From a virus, in IMG/VR virus record IMGVR_UViG_3300023504_000004, positions 16,857 through 80,856 of that record: DNA of 64,000 bases. The stretch is one strand, 5' to 3'. The notes below the pieces were generated by a model, which saw only the letters and a list, made by a program, of their open reading frames with translations, was not told the DNA's origin and did no database searches. Position 1 is the stretch's first letter, and the number at the start of each line of letters is the position of its first letter. Made by a program: the position numbers and the translations under genes. Positions 10,014 through 17,986 of this stretch are shown here, piece by piece.

Positions 10014-10382
10014 ATGGAAAAGAAATTGACATTACGGGAAATGGCGGAAGCTATTAATAAGAAAACTGGAAGCAGAATGTTCAGTGAAGAAATGGGAAAA
10101 CCTTGTTTGGAATTCTATTATAAAAAGATAATTGTTGATGGGTCGGATCTGATCGATGCAGATGAGATAGCACAGTTAAACACGATTATGGGATATAATC
10201 TTGACATGGAAACGGTCAGCAAACTCCGGACAGATTTGTGGGAACATGATATCGATGTTATGGAACTGAATCGAAACGAAAAAGATAGGAAGCTCATCGA
10301 GGAGTCGGCAGAAAGACGTGAAATTAAGCTGGATTGGTCAAAATGGAAAAGCGAGCCTTTTGAGGAATACGAATATTTTTAG
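10014..10382 (+). CDS. Hypothetical protein
   Basis: ORF with SD 'attggaggattaatc'. Confidence 0.5.
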   Translation: MEKKLTLREMAEAINKKTGSRMFSEEMGKPCLEFYYKKIIVDGSDLIDADEIAQLNTIMGYNLDMETVSKLRTDLWEHDIDVMELNRNEKDRKLIEESAERREIKLDWSKWKSEPFEEYEYF

Positions 10383-10387
10383 GAGGA

Positions 10388-10645
10388 ATGGCTATGACAA
10401 AACAGGAAATGGAAAAATGCGAAAAATTATTAGATGATGTGTACTTATATCTGAATAACGCCGAGCCAAATTGGGATGACTACGAGAAGGCAAAAAGAGA
10501 AAAGCGTTATGGAAATGCAGAAACAAGCTTACGGTTTTATGAAAGTAACAGAAGTTACGCAGAAGGGATTTATCAGGCATTAGTGGTTCTCGGATATAAG
10601 AGTGAAAAGATGGCGGAAATCGGTAAAAGAATTTGGGAGGAATGA
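10388..10645 (+). CDS. Hypothetical protein
   Basis: ORF with SD 'ttaggaggaatggct'. Confidence 0.5.
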   Translation: MAMTKQEMEKCEKLLDDVYLYLNNAEPNWDDYEKAKREKRYGNAETSLRFYESNRSYAEGIYQALVVLGYKSEKMAEIGKRIWEE

Positions 10646-10647
10646 TT

Positions 10648-10818
10648 ATGGAAAAAGAATTAAAGGCAGAAGTGACTATTTATTTACAGGGACGCGATGG
10701 CGAAACAGATGAAGATCTTAAGAGTCGATTCAAGGATATTCTATATGATGCTTTGAAAAATTTGGCAGATCATCATTTTGATTACTATATTTGGGAAACA
10801 GAAATCAGAGAAAATTAA
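10648..10818 (+). CDS. Hypothetical small protein
   Basis: Internal ATG of ORF 10633-10818 after 'tgggaggaatgatt'. Starts 2 nt after the previous stop. Confidence 0.45.
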   Translation: MEKELKAEVTIYLQGRDGETDEDLKSRFKDILYDALKNLADHHFDYYIWETEIREN

Positions 10819-10852
10819 GCGTGATGAAAGCAAGGTTTCAGAGGGATATTAT

Positions 10853-11221
10853 ATGGGAAGAAATAGTTATGAGCGCTTAAAAAGTATTCAGAGATCACTT
10901 ATCGAATTAGGAAATAGTCTTGAAGAACAATATACATTGATGCAAAAGGAATGTTTGGACGAGATCGTAGATGATATGAGAGAACATGCAACTCAACATA
11001 GTGAAATGAGCGCATTGTACAACAAGATTGCAAACGATTCTAACATGCGAATGACATGGATTCGCAATAAACTGCCATGGTATATCACATATTTTTTCAA
11101 AATTAGCAGTACAGAAATAATTTTAAAGGACACCAGTATTTTTATTGGTGTTAATTTTGGAAAATCTAAGAAGGCAAATTGTTACATTGAAATTACACCA
11201 TTCGATATTGGATGGAGATAA
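10853..11221 (+). CDS. Hypothetical protein
   Basis: Internal ATG of ORF 10778-11221, preceded by 'tttcagagggatattat'. Confidence 0.5.
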   Translation: MGRNSYERLKSIQRSLIELGNSLEEQYTLMQKECLDEIVDDMREHATQHSEMSALYNKIANDSNMRMTWIRNKLPWYITYFFKISSTEIILKDTSIFIGVNFGKSKKANCYIEITPFDIGWR

Positions 11222-11246
11222 AACTTTGCTTTCAGGAGGTGATTTT

Positions 11247-11429
11247 ATGGAGCCGAAAATTGTAGGAATCATGTTTGAACATAGTGACAAAACAGTAAGC
11301 TATTGGGACGGATTTAGCCTTACAGATGATGATCAAGAAACAATAGGAGCAGTGTTATCAAAGTATAATACTGAAGGTTATTCAGTGAGAGGAACATTGA
11401 ATGATGTATTAAATGAATTTATAAAATAA
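11247..11429 (+). CDS. Hypothetical small protein
   Basis: Internal ATG of ORF 11145-11429, preceded by 'ctttcaggaggtgatttt'. Confidence 0.5.
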   Translation: MEPKIVGIMFEHSDKTVSYWDGFSLTDDDQETIGAVLSKYNTEGYSVRGTLNDVLNEFIK

Positions 11430-11448
11430 AGTTTTCAGAGAGAAATAT

Positions 11449-11697
11449 ATGAATAAAAAAGAATTAATGCATAACATCATACTCTCGTTAGGACAAAATT
11501 GGTATAAAACGGGAATAGACGAGGATGGTAAAGCATTTGCATGGACCAATAGCGAAAAGGCAACCAATGCGTTGACAGAAATCCTTTGCGATATTGGTTG
11601 CATAGAAGGGTATGATGAACATCCCACAATACCAGTTTATTATAAATATGTTATTGTTACGAACAATCATTGGCGGGCAGTATTTAGAGAAGTATAG
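11449..11697 (+). CDS. Hypothetical protein
   Basis: ORF preceded by 'ttttcagagagaaatat'. Confidence 0.5.
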   Translation: MNKKELMHNIILSLGQNWYKTGIDEDGKAFAWTNSEKATNALTEILCDIGCIEGYDEHPTIPVYYKYVIVTNNHWRAVFREV

Positions 11698-11750
11698 AGT
11701 GTAGGGAAACCGGCACTCTTATTTTTATGCAAAAAAATGGAGGATTACAT

Positions 11751-12107
11751 ATGAAAGCATATAAATTATTGCGGAAGCTGTCAGATGGAAAGCTGTATCC
11801 ATTATTCATTCATAAGACACATACAACTCCATTCGGAGAATGGATGCAGGCAGAGTGTTATCCAACAAAGGGATTTGCTGTTCGGAAAGGGTGGCACTGC
11901 TGTTTCACTCCTGTAGCGCCGCATCTTTCCATGAGACTTGCAAACGGAGAACAGCGTGTCTGGGTTGAGTGTGAGGTTGAGGATTATGATACATATAATC
12001 GACCTGAAAGTCAGGGTGGAACATGGATCCTGGCACAGAGAATGAAAATCAATAGAGAGCTTAGAGAAGATGAAGTTGCGGCAATTATCGGTGGAGTGGC
12101 TGCATAA
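11751..12107 (+). CDS. Hypothetical protein
   Basis: Internal ATG of ORF 11727-12107, after 'aatggaggattacat'. Confidence 0.5.
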   Translation: MKAYKLLRKLSDGKLYPLFIHKTHTTPFGEWMQAECYPTKGFAVRKGWHCCFTPVAPHLSMRLANGEQRVWVECEVEDYDTYNRPESQGGTWILAQRMKINRELREDEVAAIIGGVAA

Positions 12108-12126
12108 AACAAAAATGGAGGAAAAT

Positions 12127-12315
12127 ATGGGAGTAGCAAGAGATTTGGTAGAAGAATTGAAAGCATCATTTCGAGAGAAAGATGTGTGGAGTATGGCTGA
12201 TTGCGAGAAATTGTGTTGGTTGGCCGGTATGGAAGATGAATGGAAACGAGCTGACGGAGAGAACTTCGAAGCAGTTTTGTACAAGGCAGCTAACAAACTT
12301 GGTGTTGAAATTTAG
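12127..12315 (+). CDS. Hypothetical small protein
   Basis: Internal ATG of ORF 12070-12315, after 'aatggaggaaaat'. Confidence 0.45.
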   Translation: MGVARDLVEELKASFREKDVWSMADCEKLCWLAGMEDEWKRADGENFEAVLYKAANKLGVEI

Positions 12316-12325
12316 GAGGTACGAT

Positions 12326-12451
12326 ATGGAAGATAACGGAGCAGTAGTAGTTTTAATTGGACTTTTTATCTTAAGTCTCTTGATGGGCATTTGCCCGCTT
12401 ATAACACTTGGAATGATTATTTACGCAGTAATCGGCTGCTTTAAGGGGTGA
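12326..12451 (+). CDS. Tiny hydrophobic (single-pass membrane) peptide, 41 aa
   Basis: Internal ATG of ORF 12182-12451 after 'ttaggaggtacgat'. Sequence MEDNGAVVVLIGLFILSLLMGICPLITLGMIIYAVIGCFKG. Confidence 0.4.
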   Translation: MEDNGAVVVLIGLFILSLLMGICPLITLGMIIYAVIGCFKG

Positions 12452-12458
12452 TGAAAAA

Positions 12459-12581
12459 ATGATTCTAACGAACTTTCAAAAGGTTTGTATTGTTGGATAT
12501 TTCCTGCTGTGGCTTATGTGTCCAGAATTATTGTTTGGAATACTTGTGGTGGCAGTTGTAATTAAATTTTTAGTGGGGTGA
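12459..12581 (+). CDS. Tiny hydrophobic peptide, 40 aa
   Basis: Unlisted ORF with SD 'aaggggtgatgaaaaa'. Sequence MILTNFQKVCIVGYFLLWLMCPELLFGILVVAVVIKFLVG. Confidence 0.35.
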   Translation: MILTNFQKVCIVGYFLLWLMCPELLFGILVVAVVIKFLVG

Positions 12582-12585
12582 TGAT

Positions 12586-12777
12586 ATGTATAAGAAGTTA
12601 GATGTGTATGTAAATGGAAAATATGAGTTTTCGACTAACCGGTACAGAACACCGAGCGAATTACGGAATCACATTAGGGCGATTAAACATCTGGAAATTG
12701 CTTCGGTTCCGAATGCAAGGTATCTGACAGTGAACGATTATGACAAAATTGTGATTAGAACAGGAGAATGGAAATGA
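12586..12777 (+). CDS. Hypothetical protein
   Basis: ORF with SD 'tagtggggtgatgat'. Confidence 0.5.
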   Translation: MYKKLDVYVNGKYEFSTNRYRTPSELRNHIRAIKHLEIASVPNARYLTVNDYDKIVIRTGEWK

Positions 12778-13022
12778 AAATTAGACGTGGAAATAGAGAA
12801 TATGTATTAACGGAAGATGAGTTATATAGAGCACATAAGGAGTTCGTTGCAAGTTTTATGATTGACAGGCTTGAGGTAGATTTCGGAGTTCCAAAGGCAT
12901 ATGCAATTGAGTATGGAGAAAAGGCATATGATCGTTATTGTGACGGAGATGGAGAGACCGAATACGAGTGCATCGAGTGGGCTGCTAAAGAATACGAAAA
13001 GAAATACGGAGAGGTGGCATGA
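12768..13022 (+). CDS. Hypothetical protein
   Basis: ORF whose start overlaps the previous stop. Confidence 0.5.
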   Translation: MEMKIRRGNREYVLTEDELYRAHKEFVASFMIDRLEVDFGVPKAYAIEYGEKAYDRYCDGDGETEYECIEWAAKEYEKKYGEVA

Positions 13023-13258
13023 AGATGAAAGCGCATGGATATGTATGGGTATGTATATACAAGGATACAACACCATTTGACGACGGTGGTGATGATAATC
13101 TTCTGGATGTTCAGGTAAAAGAAAGTGTGTTACAGAAATACATGGAAAAGAACGGATTAGGCGATGAGTGGCTGGAAACATACACGGCTGATGACACAAT
13201 GGATTTTTATGAGTTTGCGAAGAACGATATTGTTGATACGCAGCCGGTAGGATGGTAG
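13019..13258 (+). CDS. Hypothetical acidic protein
   Basis: ORF with a 4-nt overlap to the previous gene (ATGA). Confidence 0.5.
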   Translation: MKMKAHGYVWVCIYKDTTPFDDGGDDNLLDVQVKESVLQKYMEKNGLGDEWLETYTADDTMDFYEFAKNDIVDTQPVGW

Positions 13259-13270
13259 GGAGGTAAGGTT

Positions 13271-13465
13271 ATGAAATTTGAAAGGTTAAAACATATTCCC
13301 GGCGGCGAACATGATTGGTATTTTCAAATCGGAGATACTATCGGAGAAAAGGCATTTTGTATTCTGTTAAGGTATTTTACGGGAAGAGGATTTAGATTGA
13401 TAATCAATTTTTATAGAGATGAACTAATTAATTTGTTTGGTTTTCAAAGAGAAATTGGAGTTTGA
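13271..13465 (+). CDS. Hypothetical protein
   Basis: ORF with SD 'gtagggaggtaaggtt'. Confidence 0.5.
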   Translation: MKFERLKHIPGGEHDWYFQIGDTIGEKAFCILLRYFTGRGFRLIINFYRDELINLFGFQREIGV

Positions 13466-13494
13466 AAATTTTATTTCAGGAGGCAAGAAAAATT

Positions 13495-13677
13495 ATGATG
13501 ATCTATTTTTATAATGGAAAAGACAATCTATTAGCGTCTTTAGAGGCGGATGCGCGACCAGTTGTTGGAGATGGAATTGTTATTGATGGAAAAGAGTACG
13601 GAGTTGTTAAGGTAACATGGTATTTAGAGAAAGCACCGGCTCAATCAGGATTAAAAATTACGCTTCATGAGAGATGA
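13495..13677 (+). CDS. Hypothetical small protein
   Basis: Internal ATG of ORF 13462-13677, after 'tttcaggaggcaagaaaaatt'. Confidence 0.45.
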   Translation: MMIYFYNGKDNLLASLEADARPVVGDGIVIDGKEYGVVKVTWYLEKAPAQSGLKITLHER

Positions 13678-13705
13678 TGAAACACATGTTTCAGAGGAGG
13701 AAATG

Positions 13706-14032
13706 AAAATGAAATTAGTCAAAAGAATTGAAAAAAATGAGTTGCTTGCAAGTGATTGGGGAATCTATGAATTAAACGAAGAAGAGAGAAAAGCCTTTGG
13801 AAACAATTATGCTCTTTCGCAAGGAATTTTCAGAGAGTTGGCAGTAGAAAAAATGGGTCCAAATAAACTTCTTTCTGGGTTAAGAGATTATGCGTATGAG
13901 GGATTTTTTGAAACTGAAAAAGAAGCATATCTTCAGGTAAAGCTGGTGGAGATGACATGTGAAATCGATCGTTTAAAAAGCGCAATTGCAGAACTCGATG
14001 TGGTACGGAAATTAGAAACACCAATATGGTAA
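13706..14032 (+). CDS. Hypothetical protein
   Basis: Internal ATG of ORF 13667-14032, after 'tttcagaggaggaaatgaaa'. Confidence 0.5.
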   Translation, partial: KMKLVKRIEKNELLASDWGIYELNEEERKAFGNNYALSQGIFRELAVEKMGPNKLLSGLRDYAYEGFFETEKEAYLQVKLVEMTCEIDRLKSAIAELDVVRKLETPIW

Positions 14033-14059
14033 TATGGCTTATACAGAAGGAGGAAAATT

Positions 14060-14485
14060 ATGAAAATGAGTACAAGCAAATATACGGAAACTGTAGTAGA
14101 AATGACATCTGTTTTCTGGCAGATGGTCGCTAAAAAGGAAATTGAGGTTCCGGAAGATAGTCGAGATATCTGGAAAACAATTGACCAGATGGCTAAAGAG
14201 TACGAAGAGAAACACGAAGACACAGATTGGGACGATGTAAATGCAGAAGATTACTACGATTCGATTGAGGAATTCTGTTATTTCAAATTCTCAAAATATT
14301 TTGGAACAGAAGACCATGGAGTAGAGCGATTAGATACAATCGGTAGTCTGATCGACACTGTAGAGGACTTCCTCACGAAAAAAGGAATCGCATCGGAGAC
14401 AGAGGCATTTATCAAGGGTCGAGATTATAATTATCTTGCCGATCAGTTTGCAATGATTCTAAAAGAAGGAAATCTGAATGAGTAA
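14060..14485 (+). CDS. Hypothetical acidic protein
   Basis: ORF with SD 'agaaggaggaaaatt'. Confidence 0.55.
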   Translation: MKMSTSKYTETVVEMTSVFWQMVAKKEIEVPEDSRDIWKTIDQMAKEYEEKHEDTDWDDVNAEDYYDSIEEFCYFKFSKYFGTEDHGVERLDTIGSLIDTVEDFLTKKGIASETEAFIKGRDYNYLADQFAMILKEGNLNE

Positions 14486-14690
14486 ATACGAAATGAGTGT
14501 CGCCTGTCTCCTTGGTGGTTTACGGTATTTCATTGTAGAAGCAGACAGTGCAGAAGAAGCAAAGAAAAAAACAATTATGGAGCCGTGGATCCTACGGAAT
14601 CATAATCTGTTGAATCTTAGCTCTTTACGGGTTGTCAAGAAGATAAGAGAGCCAGTAGGCTCAGTTGTCAGACAAAAGGAAATGTGGTAA
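14478..14690 (+). CDS. Hypothetical protein
   Basis: ORF overlapping the previous stop. Confidence 0.45.
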   Translation: MSKYEMSVACLLGGLRYFIVEADSAEEAKKKTIMEPWILRNHNLLNLSSLRVVKKIREPVGSVVRQKEMW

Positions 14691-14706
14691 GATAATAGGA
14701 GACAAA

Positions 14707-14934
14707 ATGAACCGAAATCGAAAAGAAAGAATTAAAAAGATATGTGAAGAGCTGCGTCGTTGCCTTGATGAATTAAATGATATCCACGATGAGGAAGAGG
14801 AATACCATGACAATATTCCTGATAATCTTCAGGGATCAGAAAGAGCGGAAACGTCAGAAGAGGCAATAGAGAGCCTGGATAATGCGGCTGAAAGTATCTC
14901 AGAGGCTTGTGATTACTTGGATGCAATTATATAG
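14707..14934 (+). CDS. Hypothetical acidic protein
   Basis: Internal ATG of ORF 14665-14934, after 'taataggagacaaa'. Confidence 0.45.
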   Translation: MNRNRKERIKKICEELRRCLDELNDIHDEEEEYHDNIPDNLQGSERAETSEEAIESLDNAAESISEACDYLDAII

Positions 14935-14946
14935 GGAGGTTCGAGT

Positions 14947-15552
14947 ATGTGGTTAATGAATTTGTTATTTGGTGGAGCAGCATTAGGTAGTGCGGTAAAA
15001 TGTGGTATCGAGAATGCTGAATGCAAAAGGGATATTCAGCACTTGCCGGATGGGACTCCTTATTATTATGATCGCCAAGGGAGGAGATTCCTTCTTGACG
15101 GTCGGCAAATTTTTGGAACTGGTGATGATGTTAAGGATGCAAAGGGCAGAGTAATTTGGTCAAGAACTGATCAATGGAATACGGAAGCCGCAAATAAGAT
15201 TCCAGCCGGTCAGTATCGCTATTGTGCGCAGTATTGTGATAGAAGCATAAATCCAGTAACAACTAACTTAGATACGGGAGAGCGTATTGCTCAGATCGAA
15301 CGAAAAATCAAAAATGGAAAAACAGAATGTAGAAAATGGCGCTGGTATGATATCTATCGTGATATTTATCCAGGAAGAGATCTGACTTATACATGCAAAG
15401 TCCTTCCTAATTCTGTTAAAAACGGAGATCCTGGCATTGTAATCAGTGAGGAAGAATTTGAGGCAATCAAGAACTGCCCTGGAGTCAGAAGCAGTATCAC
15501 ATATCACTCCTGTTGGGATGATGAGGATTATTACAGAACGCATAGACGATGA
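14947..15552 (+). CDS. Cysteine-rich protein with N-terminal hydrophobic signal-like segment (putative secreted or membrane-anchored)
   Basis: ORF with SD 'tagggaggttcgagt'. N-terminus MWLMNLLFGGAALGSAVKCG followed by 10 further Cys in a 200-aa hydrophilic body. Confidence 0.55.
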   Translation: MWLMNLLFGGAALGSAVKCGIENAECKRDIQHLPDGTPYYYDRQGRRFLLDGRQIFGTGDDVKDAKGRVIWSRTDQWNTEAANKIPAGQYRYCAQYCDRSINPVTTNLDTGERIAQIERKIKNGKTECRKWRWYDIYRDIYPGRDLTYTCKVLPNSVKNGDPGIVISEEEFEAIKNCPGVRSSITYHSCWDDEDYYRTHRR

Positions 15553-15577
15553 AAGAATAGTTTCGAAAGGGATTAGC

Positions 15578-15829
15578 ATGAAACATATAAATATATTCGA
15601 AGCAAAAACGGATGATGAATTAGCTGTGTTGTATAGGCAATTTCTCGTAGCAGAAAAAGAGGCAGGATTTAAACCAGACAGTGAACTTGGAAAAATAAAG
15701 GAAGAATATATCAAGTATTTTGGCTATAATGCTACTTTTATGATTCAAATCGAGCTGACACACGTAATAGCCGATAGGTGGTATGCGGAGCATGAAGACA
15801 AAAATAGATTTAAAAGGGAAAATGTTTAG
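15578..15829 (+). CDS. Hypothetical protein
   Basis: Internal ATG of ORF 15446-15829 after 'tttcgaaagggattagc'. This avoids a 100-nt overlap with the upstream gene. Confidence 0.45.
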   Translation: MKHINIFEAKTDDELAVLYRQFLVAEKEAGFKPDSELGKIKEEYIKYFGYNATFMIQIELTHVIADRWYAEHEDKNRFKRENV

Positions 15830-15852
15830 TTGGTTTGAAAGGCAGTGATATT

Positions 15853-16038
15853 ATGTTTTCCATCACATATAAAGACAGGTTGGGGAAAGGTTTTAGTGAA
15901 ACGGAACCGTGGATCACAAATGATTTAGAAAACGATCTGATGAAATACAAGATAAAGGCAAATGAGTTGATTCGAGCTGGATATAGGGATGTTTTCATTT
16001 TCAAATATTCAGATCCAGTACCTGAAAGCATTACTTGA
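15853..16038 (+). CDS. Hypothetical small protein
   Basis: Internal ATG of ORF 15835-16038, after 'gaaaggcagtgatatt'. Confidence 0.4.
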   Translation: MFSITYKDRLGKGFSETEPWITNDLENDLMKYKIKANELIRAGYRDVFIFKYSDPVPESIT

Positions 16039-16083
16039 GATTACGTAAAGAAACATGAAATTTAATTTTCGGAAGGGAATTTT

Positions 16084-16371
16084 ATGGAATTAAAAATTGG
16101 AAGAAATATATATGATGTAGATGAAAGGAATTTACTTCTGGACAATGGGGATTGCTTTCAGTTAATTATCCCAAGCTACGGCATAGGATTAGATTCTCAG
16201 TCGTCACCACAATTAAGTAAAAAGCTTGTAAAGGATTTAAAAAAGTCGAATGCAATTTATACAAACGATAATTTGAAAATGGCGGCAGAAGCCAGATATT
16301 ATCCTGGTATGACATATTGGAAGTTTGACATTGAGAAAATGAAGCAGTTGGCCGAAGAAGAGAAAATTTAA
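16084..16371 (+). CDS. Hypothetical protein
   Basis: ORF preceded by 'ttttcggaagggaatttt'. Confidence 0.5.
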   Translation: MELKIGRNIYDVDERNLLLDNGDCFQLIIPSYGIGLDSQSSPQLSKKLVKDLKKSNAIYTNDNLKMAAEARYYPGMTYWKFDIEKMKQLAEEEKI

Positions 16372-16392
16372 CTTTCTTTTGGAGGTAATGAT

Positions 16393-16770
16393 ATGAAGAT
16401 ACTTGGAAGCTTTGTAGATTGTGTTTATGAGTCACATTTATATAAAGAGGATATTGGAAATATTAGAACAAAACTTATAAGTAGATTACCAGATAAAAGA
16501 ATCTGTGAAATGGCAAGTGTACTTATAATCGACACAAAATATGATGCATATGTTGTAAAAATACGAAGACCTGAACTGAATAGTAGTGGATGTGTTGATA
16601 TAGAAAAGACTCATAAGAAAATTTACGAAACTGATTTTATCGAAATTTCAAAAAGAGATTATGAAGGATTAGATTGGAGAGAAGCTGCTAAGAAAACGGA
16701 AGAATTAATTGAACTAGGATCGTTCGTTATTTTTAAAACAGATATTGATATAGATGTATTAATTAAATGA
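16393..16770 (+). CDS. Hypothetical protein
   Basis: ORF with SD 'tttggaggtaatgat'. Confidence 0.5.
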   Translation: MKILGSFVDCVYESHLYKEDIGNIRTKLISRLPDKRICEMASVLIIDTKYDAYVVKIRRPELNSSGCVDIEKTHKKIYETDFIEISKRDYEGLDWREAAKKTEELIELGSFVIFKTDIDIDVLIK

Positions 16771-16798
16771 AAAATTGCTTTCATAAGGAGAAATAAAT

Positions 16799-17134
16799 AT
16801 GATAAAAGTATCAAGCAAATCAGGGAAATCAATAATTGCAGAAGCAATTCAGAAATATAATGGAGCAGTAATTTATTCGTATTATGACGAACTATTACCG
16901 TTTGAAAATGGCTATCATGTCAATTCCGGCAAATATTCTGTTGATGAGTTTTGTGAGGGAATAATGATCGATATTAAAGAAAAGGTAGAAGGAAATGAAG
17001 GGTCGCCATTAAATATGGTAATCATTTATACAAATCTTTCAGATATCTCGGAAATCGATACTTTATACGCATATGCCGAAAGACTTGAAGAGGTTGAAAA
17101 ATTGGTTGGTACGGTAGTAGTAATGACACAATAA
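16799..17134 (+). CDS. Hypothetical protein
   Basis: ORF preceded by 'tttcataaggagaaataaat'. Confidence 0.5.
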   Translation: MIKVSSKSGKSIIAEAIQKYNGAVIYSYYDELLPFENGYHVNSGKYSVDEFCEGIMIDIKEKVEGNEGSPLNMVIIYTNLSDISEIDTLYAYAERLEEVEKLVGTVVVMTQ

Positions 17135-17180
17135 GCTGCGTAATAATGACGAAGTGATTGAGTAAGAGATTGTTTCGGGG

Positions 17181-17378
17181 GTGAAAATGAAAAATATTAT
17201 ATGGTGCGAAGTGTCGTGTGGTCGTTGTGGCAGAGCTGCAAATAGCTGTGATTATTATAGCCCAGACACCATACGAAGGTTAAAAGCAGAAACTAAAGAC
17301 TGGACTGACGACATAAACTATCGAGTTCTATGCCCTGTTTGTAAAAAAGAATTGGAACAAAAACAAGGTGATTTATAA
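17181..17378 (+). CDS. Hypothetical zinc-ribbon protein
   Basis: ORF preceded by 'gtttcgggggtgaaa'. Two CxxC pairs (CGRCGRAANSC ... CPVC). Confidence 0.5.
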   Translation: MKMKNIIWCEVSCGRCGRAANSCDYYSPDTIRRLKAETKDWTDDINYRVLCPVCKKELEQKQGDL

Positions 17379-17382
17379 TTAA

Positions 17383-17568
17383 ATGGAAAAGATGACATTA
17401 AAAGAATTAAATGCTTATGCTGGACTTTTACGAGAGTTACAGTTAGAATATGAAGGCAGATTAAGTCAAGGCTTAGAACCAAGTAAACGAAAGAGATTAA
17501 CAACCGTTTTAAACCTTATTATCGAAGAACGAAACAAAATAAATCGGTCGAAATATGAGATCGTATGA
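17383..17568 (+). CDS. Hypothetical small protein
   Basis: 61-aa ORF immediately after the previous stop. Confidence 0.4.
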   Translation: MEKMTLKELNAYAGLLRELQLEYEGRLSQGLEPSKRKRLTTVLNLIIEERNKINRSKYEIV

Positions 17569-17702
17569 AACCGCTCTTTCGTTCATAAAATATATTGACA
17601 AAACATTTTGTATGATACTAGAGAAATTTACTCTACAATTAGATATCTGAGAAAATACTATTAATGAAATCTGAATTTCGAGACAAGAAGGGAGATTATA
17701 AG

Positions 17703-17891
17703 ATGAGTACAGCAACATGTATTAAGGACTATGATGGTGTTGGATTCTTAAAAGAGAATAAAGACGGATGTGAAGAAGTTCATATCAAAAAAGGTGATAT
17801 AATTGAATTGGATAATCAAGGATATCTTTGGTTTGATAACATATGTTTCGGACATATGGATGCTTATCCTGGACAATATTTTAAATTTTAA
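17703..17891 (+). CDS. Hypothetical small protein
   Basis: Internal ATG of ORF 17664-17891, after 'agaagggagattataag'. A TTGACA box sits ~95 nt upstream at about 17596. Confidence 0.45.
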   Translation: MSTATCIKDYDGVGFLKENKDGCEEVHIKKGDIIELDNQGYLWFDNICFGHMDAYPGQYFKF

Positions 17892-17914
17892 TTTGATAAA
17901 TATATTTATCTTTG

Positions 17915-17947
17915 AAAAGAGCGAAAAATTTTCGCTCTTTTTCTTTT
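17915..17947 (+). terminator. Rho-independent terminator
   Basis: Perfect inverted repeat 'aaaagagcgaaaaa/tttttcgctctttt' followed by a T-run (ttcttttg), lying between 17891 and the integrase gene. Confidence 0.7.
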
Positions 17948-17986
17948 GCTCAAAATGGAGAATAACTATTGGAAAGGAGAGATCTT

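Noticed and set aside
17590-17625. TTGACA box upstream of 17703 as a full promoter
   Set aside because: A clear -35 (ttgaca) is present, but no well-spaced -10 hexamer could be matched (tatgat is 10-11 nt away, tactag is 15 nt away). It is left as an uncertain promoter.
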